Origin: Gemmatimonadota bacterium
GTDB taxonomy: Bacteria; Gemmatimonadota; Gemmatimonadetes; Gemmatimonadales; GWC2-71-9
Direction of reading: 5' to 3'
DNA length: 11,547 nucleotides
NCBI GenBank assembly: GCA_039591655.1
Contig: JBDHDE010000090.1
Location: 1-11,547 of the forward strand
The notes below the pieces were generated by a model. The model was given only the letters and a program-made list of their open reading frames with translations, did no database searches and had not been told where the DNA came from. Of this stretch, positions 1-5,900 are shown piece after piece (within the stretch, counting starts at the first letter, position 1; each line of letters starts with the position of its first letter). Both the position numbers and the translations under genes were made by a program.

Positions 1-4
1 AACG

Positions 5-184
5 ATGGTGCTGCGCTGCCCCACCTGCCAAACCAACGCCTGGTACGTCCGGGGCGACTTCTTCGGCAAGTGGGTCGTGTGTCCCAAGTGCGAGCGGCCG
101 TTTCCGTGGCGCGACGCCGAGAGGGATGACTCCCGGATCTCGGGTCCCTACGCGACGCGGCTGCCGCAGAAGGAGGAGAAGTAG
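5..184 (+). CDS. Small zinc-ribbon protein (59 aa, MJ0042-type CxxC...CxxC finger); may extend upstream of the window
   Basis: Manual translation from ATG at 5: MVLRCPTCQTNAWYVRGDFFGKWVVCPKCERPFPWRDAERDDSRISGPYATRLPQKEEK*. Two CPxC pairs 17 residues apart; TAG at 182-184 directly abuts the next ATG at 185. Absent from the ORF track because it is under 60 aa. The frame is open to the window edge. Confidence 0.8.
   Translation: MVLRCPTCQTNAWYVRGDFFGKWVVCPKCERPFPWRDAERDDSRISGPYATRLPQKEEK
171..176 (+). promoter_or_regulatory. Shine-Dalgarno site for the gene starting at 185
   Basis: AGGAGG 8 nt upstream of ATG 185, inside the 3' end of the zinc-ribbon ORF. Confidence 0.75.
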
Positions 185-681
185 ATGCAGCAGGTCCGTA
201 ACGCATGGCCGCTCCCGGCGCTCGTCGCGCTGGCATTGGCCGTCCCGGCCGCCGCCCAGGAGCCCCAGGCTCTGGTGATCTCGGCCGAGAACCTCATGGC
301 CGGCGATCAGCAGCACCAGGACCTCGCCCAGCGGGGCGGCGATCCCAACTCGCTGCTCCCCGGCGACGTGGTCCGCTACCAGCTGGTGTTCACCAACATC
401 ATCAGCGACTCGGTCCGCAGGGTCGAGTTCACCGACCCGATCCCCGAGGGCCTGCAGTACGTGGGCGCGAGGACGTCGTCATCGAGTTCTCCAACGACGG
501 CGGACAGACCTACTCAGCACAACCAATGAGAGAAGTGGTCGAGAACGGGTTGCGGGTCATGCGACCCGCCCCGCCTCAGACCTACACGCACATCCGCTGG
601 CGCGTCGGGGGCTGGATTCAGCCCGGCGCGCAGGTAACGGCGGAGTTTCGGGCACGCCTGCCCGAGCCGGGCAACGACTAG
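185..681 (+). pseudogene. Exported single-domain DUF11-like (conserved repeat domain) protein, frameshifted at about 464-466 (true pseudogene or sequence error)
   Basis: Frame of ORF 185..529 gives a Sec signal (..ALALAVPAAA|Q) and DUF11-type motifs LLPGDVVRYQLVFTN and FTDPIPEGLQYVG, then degenerates (ARTSSSSSP). Frame of ORF 205..681 is junk up to 465, then gives the expected continuation REDVVIEFSNDGGQTYS...YTHIRWRVGGWIQPGAQVTAEFRARL to TAG 679-681. Confidence 0.8.
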
Positions 682-713
682 ACCCGGCGTAGGACCGAAC
701 CGAACAACCCCAT

Positions 714-719
714 AGGAGG
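714..719 (+). promoter_or_regulatory. Strong Shine-Dalgarno site for the gene at 725
   Basis: AGGAGG 5 nt upstream of ATG 725, preceded by an A/C-rich stretch (ccgaaccgaacaacccc). Confidence 0.75.
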
Positions 720-724
720 GAGCG

Positions 725-1972
725 ATGCAACGGAAGTTCCTCACCAGGCTAGGAGGCTTGGCCCTCGTCGGGCTGTTCCTGGCCGTGGTCGCTGGCCCAG
801 CATCGGCGCAGACGCCGGAGGGCACGACCATCACGAACTTGGCGGTCGTCAGCTGGACGGACGCCAACAGCAACAGCTACGCGCCGGACAGCGCCAGCGT
901 CGACGTGATCGTCGGCTACCAGGCTGGCGTCGACGTGATCGCGGCTGCCGCCTCGGTCACCCCGGCGTCGCCGAGTACAGACGACACGCTGTACTTCGAC
1001 GTGGCGAACATCGGTAACGGCACCGAAGCCGTGCAAATGGACACGAACACCACGGTGGCCGGCGTCATTACCAACGTTCGCTGGTGGTACAACTCCTCCG
1101 TGTACGCGACGCTGGCTGCCCTCAACGCGCAGCTAGCCTTGTCCACGGACTCCCTGGCACAAGGAGACACGATCGCGATCCGGGTGATCTACGACGTGAA
1201 CTCGGGCCAGGGCGGCCAGTCGACCCGCTTCGATCTGACCGCAACCACCCAGCGAGCTGGCTCGCCGGACACCGACACGGATTCGACGTTCATCAGTCCG
1301 CCCGCGGCGTACGCAGTCGCCGTGACGCCGGATGATTCGGCGGTGAGCCGGCTCCCCAGCAACGGGACCAACTACACGCTCCAGTTCACTGTGACCAACA
1401 ACGGAAACAGTGACGAGGACATCGACGTCATCGCGAGCGTGGATCCCGGAACGGCGCTCACCATCGTGTCGGTGGGCGGCCTGGCGGGCGACAGCAACCA
1501 GGTCAACGTCACCGCCGTCGGTGGAACCGCGACGGTCGACGTGGTGGTCTCGGTCGGCGACGTCGCCGCGGGAACACTCGACACGCTGTTCCTGCTGGGT
1601 CGCGTCGTGGCGAACCCCGCTACGACGGACAACGGCAACTACAACGTCACCGTCATTCGCCCGAGCATCAACATCGCGAAGGCGGCCTACCGGGACGATC
1701 AGTCCACACTGATCAACACCGGCGGTGGGGACCGCGTGGTACCTGGTGAGTTCATCCAGTACCTCATCACGGTCACCAACAACGGCGACGCGGACGCCTC
1801 CAGCGTGCACGTCGACGACACCCTGCCGGGCCAGGTGACGTACGACTCGAACACCCCTGACGCCGGGGGCTGGACGATCAACGAGGCGGCGGGCGACATC
1901 GACGCCGATCTGGCGGGAACGCTGGCTCCAGCGGCCAGTCGGTTCTTCTGGGTCCGGGTCCAGATCAACTAG
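725..1972 (+). CDS. Exported DUF11-domain protein, putative major fibre/pilin subunit (signal peptide, N-terminal beta-hairpin, two Ig-like domains, C-terminally truncated DUF11)
   Basis: Sec signal ending GPASA|Q29; T/V/D/A-rich beta composition; two repeats with F.V.N.GN (YFDVANIGNG, QFTVTNNGNS); C-terminal INIAK...VVPGEFIQYLITVTNNG...VDDTLPGQVTY...GTLAPAASRFFWVRVQIN matches the DUF11 (PF01345/TIGR01451) pattern. The pilin role is inference. Confidence 0.9.
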   Translation: MQRKFLTRLGGLALVGLFLAVVAGPASAQTPEGTTITNLAVVSWTDANSNSYAPDSASVDVIVGYQAGVDVIAAAASVTPASPSTDDTLYFDVANIGNGTEAVQMDTNTTVAGVITNVRWWYNSSVYATLAALNAQLALSTDSLAQGDTIAIRVIYDVNSGQGGQSTRFDLTATTQRAGSPDTDTDSTFISPPAAYAVAVTPDDSAVSRLPSNGTNYTLQFTVTNNGNSDEDIDVIASVDPGTALTIVSVGGLAGDSNQVNVTAVGGTATVDVVVSVGDVAAGTLDTLFLLGRVVANPATTDNGNYNVTVIRPSINIAKAAYRDDQSTLINTGGGDRVVPGEFIQYLITVTNNGDADASSVHVDDTLPGQVTYDSNTPDAGGWTINEAAGDIDADLAGTLAPAASRFFWVRVQIN

Positions 1973-1977
1973 GAGCG

Positions 1978-2904
1978 ATGCAGCCTCCTATGAGGTGTTT
2001 CGGGGTTTCGTTCGGTAAGGACGGGCAGAGGCCCGCACGCGGCCTTCGGGTCGTGCGGGTCCTCTGCCTGCTCCTGCTGCTCGGGGTGCTGGCGCCGGCA
2101 GTGCGGGCCCAGACCCCAGCAGGGACGCAGATCAACGCGTTCGCCGTCGTCAGCTACGAGGCACCGAACGGGGCCGTTTTCACCGCGCAGTCCAGCGTAG
2201 TCGTGATGATCGTCGCGCAGGTAGCAGGCGTGGATGTGGAACCGCCGCGCTCGGCTATCGGCGATCCCGGAACGACGGTCGTGTTCAATCACACGCTGGT
2301 CAACGTGGGGAACGGCACTGACGACATCACTGTGACCGCCACCTCTCGAGTGGGTTGGCCGGTACGGGTGCACGTGGACGCCAACACGGACGGCACCCTC
2401 GACGCCGGCGATCCCCAGGTGAGCGGCCCTGTTACACTGGCCATGGCCGACACCGCATACCTCTTGGTCGCGGTGGACGTGCCGGCATCAGCCATCGTTC
2501 GCGGCACGACCGACACGGTCGACGTGGTCGCCACCAGCGGCTTCGACCCGTCCGTGACGGACGCGCTGATCGACGAGCTGTTCATTCAGGATGTCGGCGT
2601 CCTCGTCTCCCTGACGAAGGTGGTGGACCGCCCGACGGCGACCACCGGGGACGTCCTGACCTACACCATCACCTACATCACGACGGGCATCAACACGGCC
2701 ACGAGCGTGCAAATCGCGGACGTGATCCCGGTCGGCGCGACGTACCTCCCCGGCACCCTGCTGTGGAACGGAACGCCGCAGACCGACGCCGCCGATGCCG
2801 ACGCCGGCTTGTTCGACAACCCGGGGAATCGGGTCGTCTTCAGCGTCGGTGACCTCAATGGCGGCGACAGTGGTACGGTGAGCTTCCAGGTGAGGGTCGG
2901 CTGA
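1978..2904 (+). CDS. Exported DUF11-domain protein, paralog of the upstream gene, putative minor subunit (one Ig-like domain plus truncated DUF11); start uncertain (ATG 1978, ATG 1990 or GTG 2053)
   Basis: Hydrophobic signal LCLLLLLGVLAPAVRA|Q; mature N-terminus QTPAGTQINAFAVVSY resembles QTPEGTTITNLAVVSW upstream; both share AGVDV and N.GNGT; DUF11 motifs VSLTKVVDRPTATTGDVLTYTITY, IADVIPVGATYLPGTL, GDLNGGDSGTVSFQVRV. Stop overlaps the next start (TGATG). Confidence 0.88.
   Translation: MQPPMRCFGVSFGKDGQRPARGLRVVRVLCLLLLLGVLAPAVRAQTPAGTQINAFAVVSYEAPNGAVFTAQSSVVVMIVAQVAGVDVEPPRSAIGDPGTTVVFNHTLVNVGNGTDDITVTATSRVGWPVRVHVDANTDGTLDAGDPQVSGPVTLAMADTAYLLVAVDVPASAIVRGTTDTVDVVATSGFDPSVTDALIDELFIQDVGVLVSLTKVVDRPTATTGDVLTYTITYITTGINTATSVQIADVIPVGATYLPGTLLWNGTPQTDAADADAGLFDNPGNRVVFSVGDLNGGDSGTVSFQVRVG
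2022..2070 (+). promoter_or_regulatory. Strong intra-operon RNA hairpin with C(UUCG)G tetraloop (mRNA stabiliser or attenuator candidate)
   Basis: GGCAGAGG(2024-31)/CCTCTGCC(2061-68), CCCGCAC(2032-38)/GTGCGGG(2053-59) and GGCC/GGTC closing TTCG (2045-48). It starts about 50 nt after the 725..1972 stop and has no U-tract. Confidence 0.65.
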
Positions 2905-5900
2905 TGTCGCGCCGCAGCCGCCGGATGGGCTTCAGCCATCTCGCGCGTCGCGCGGTCCAGCTGTTCGTGCTGGCCGCCGCGGTGTGTGGGCCGGTCGAGC
3001 TGCGTGCGCAAACCGTCGTGAGCAACACCGCCGGCGTGTTCTACGGAACCCTCGCCGGCCCGGATTCGAGCTTCTCGAATGCGGCCAACACCAACCTCAT
3101 GGCCCGGATCGGCGAAGAGCTCGAGTACACGATCCAATTCGACAACGGATCTGCCACGACCGAAGCTCGCAGCGTGCAGCTGGTCGACACTCTGCCCACC
3201 GGTCTCGAGTACGTGTCGGCGACACCAGCCGCAGTTATAAGCGGCCAGGTGCTGACATGGGACCTGGGCGATGTCGCGCCGGGTGCTTCCGCACAGGTCG
3301 TCCTCCGGGTGCGGGTGACCCAGGACGTCCGCGACACGCTGCGCGTGCGGAACGTGGCGGTGCTCGGTGCGCTCAATGCTCCGGCCGAGCTGGCCATCGC
3401 ACCCGAGGTCGAGCTGCTCGGTCCCGACGCCTCACTACTCGGCATCGAGAAGACCGCCGATGTCGTGGAGGTCGGGCTGGGTGAGACGGTTCCCTATACC
3501 ATAACGTTGGAGAACACCGGGGTCGTGCCGGTCAGCGACCTGCGGATCCACGACTCGCTCCCGGCGGGCGTGGAGTTCTCGGGGGGATCGCTCCTCGGTG
3601 CAGATTCGATGCAGCTCAGTGGACGTGAGCTGATCTTCTACGTTGCGGGACCGCTGGATCCCGGCGAGACAGTCAGCGTGCACTACGCCGCTGCAGTCGT
3701 CTCCCCAGAGACAGACGTAATCGAGAACCGCGCCTACGCGACTGCCGAGAACAACCTCGTGGTGTCCGAACCGGTAGTAGCCTGGGTGCGTGTGCGGACC
3801 AGCTATCCGATGGAGACCCGGACCGCTATAGGTAAGGTCTGGCTCGACCTGGACGCCGATGGCTACCAGGACAGCGACGAGCAGGGCGTAGCCGGAGTGG
3901 ATATCTGGACCGACGACGGTGAGGTCTCGACCACCGATAGCGAAGGCAAGTTCTCGTACCCCAACGTCCGTCCGGGACACCACGCGTTCCGGCTGGACCG
4001 CAGCCGCAGCACCGTGCCGGCGTCCTACCGCGTCGATGAGGACATCGTCGTTCTCGACGCAGACGGCTGGACGTCGCCGCGCATCACCTTCCGACTCGTC
4101 CCCGCCGAGGCGTTCGTCTCGCAAGTGCAGCTGCCGGTGTCCTGGCGGCTCCACGCACGACCGGTGCACGAGACCCTCGTGCCCCAGGGGGCGCCGCGGG
4201 AGGAGGATCGTGTGACCCTGGCCCGGTTCGAGTCGGGCAGGGCCCAACCGATCCTCGCGTTCGAGAGCCGGAGGTTCCAGGCGCGTCTCGCGCAGCTGCT
4301 CGAAGCGCGGCGCGATTGCCGCCTCGAGATCGCCGGACACGCCGACTACCGTCCGATCCTGCGCGGCCCGTACCGCGACAACTGGGAGCTTTCGTCGGCT
4401 CGAGCTGACTCTCTCGCCGCGTATCTGGAAGCGCTCGGCCTCGCCGCTGGTCAGGTCAGCACCGAGGGCCGTGGCATCAACGAGCCCGTGGCTGCAGGCA
4501 GGGATCCCGTCTCGCTCCAGCTCAACCGCCGGGCCGAGGTGCAGTTGGTCTGCCCCGGCGTGGACGCGCTGACGGCCGAGGCACAGACGGTGGAGTATGA
4601 GGCCCTCATCACCAACCCCTTCGACGTCCCGGTCAGCGGGATCGCCGTGCGGTTCGAGCCCGCCCCCGACTCTGCGGTGGTGCTCCTCGGCGACTCGATC
4701 CTGGGACGCTTCGCTGGCGAGCGGGTAGACCTGCCGCTCGTGCCGCCGCAGGCCGAACTGTTGGTTCGTGCCTGGGCGCCCGCCGGCGCGGACTCTATTG
4801 CCGCCGTGCTGGAGAACGTCGGCCGGCAGCCTGAACGGCTGCTCGCTCAGGTCCACAACCCGATCGTCGAGTACGAGGCGACCAGCCTCGGGAGCGCCGT
4901 GGTGGATAGCGCTCTCCCGCCGACGGTGGCGCCGCTCGGCACCACTATCGACATCGTGCTCCAGCCCGAGCCGGCCGGGTGGCCCGCAGTGACCTACCCG
5001 TTGCCGGAAGGCTGGCAGTTCGTGCCGGGTTCCGCCCGGATCGGCGGAGAGCAAGCACCCGAGCCCAAGGTGGAGCAGGACCGCACCGGCGCCCCGGTGC
5101 TGGCGTGGCACCTCAGGGACCGGGAGATGCAGCCGCTGACCATCACCCTGGTCATGGGCAACGCCATCCCGGTGATGGAAGAGGTGGCGATACCGGCCCT
5201 GCGGACCGCAGCGGACCGGGAGGCCGATGCGGCCAACGCCTTCCTCGCAGGCCCCGCGGTCTCGTTCTTCAACCCCGCCGACGGCAGTGTGCTAGCAAGC
5301 GACCGGCTGTTCGTCGGCGTGAAGGGTGAAGCCGGACAGCCAGTTGTCCTGCTCGACGGCGACTCGGTGATAGGCGAAGCCGTCCTGCGGCCCGACGGCG
5401 TCCACGACTTCATCGGTGTCCCACTGTCTCGCGGGCCCCACCGGCTCCGGGTGCGGATGCACAACTCCTGGAACCAGGACCGCTGGGACAGCCTGGACGT
5501 CCACGTGACCGGTCTGCCTGCCCAGTTCGAGGCCCCGCGCCGCGTCGAGCTGATGGCGGACGGACACAGCATGACCCACGTGCGAGTGCGGGTGCTGGAC
5601 GCCTGGGGCGTGCCGGTGGTGCACCCCACGGCTGTCACCGTCTCGGCGGAGGGCGCCGAGCCCGTGGGCGACGACGCCGATCACTCATCGGTCGGCCATC
5701 AGATCCGCACCAACGCCGCCGGCTGGCTCACAGTCGCCTTGACACCGGGTCGTAACGTGGGCCCCGGCCTGCTGACGCTCACCTACGGCGACGTGATCAG
5801 CGACGTAGAGCTCGAGCTCATCGCCGCCGCGCGGCCCCTCATGCTCACCGGCGTGGGACGCATCGGCGTCGGTGCGGCCCCTGACGCGATGGGCACGATC

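Noticed and set aside
205..465. N-terminal part of ORF 205..681 as an independent gene, and the tail of ORF 185..529
   Set aside because: Both are R/P/G- or S-rich off-frame readings; the two ORFs are halves of one frameshifted gene.
455..500. Programmed ribosomal frameshift or phase-variable tract
   Set aside because: No X XXY YYZ slippery heptamer, homopolymer run or short tandem repeat at the junction.
658..672. LPEPG near the C-terminus as a sortase LPxTG-like signal
   Set aside because: No following transmembrane helix or basic tail, no sortase in the window, and the context is diderm.
2904..3008. Twin-arginine (Tat) signal in the large protein (SRRSRR, ARRAV)
   Set aside because: No match to S/T-R-R-x-F-L-K; OM barrels normally use Sec; Arg pairs are common in high-GC n-regions.
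4227..4560. Flagellar motor protein MotB
   Set aside because: NWELS..RA is MotB-like, but there is no N-terminal TM helix with the conserved Asp, no motA, and the domain is internal to a 1793-aa protein.
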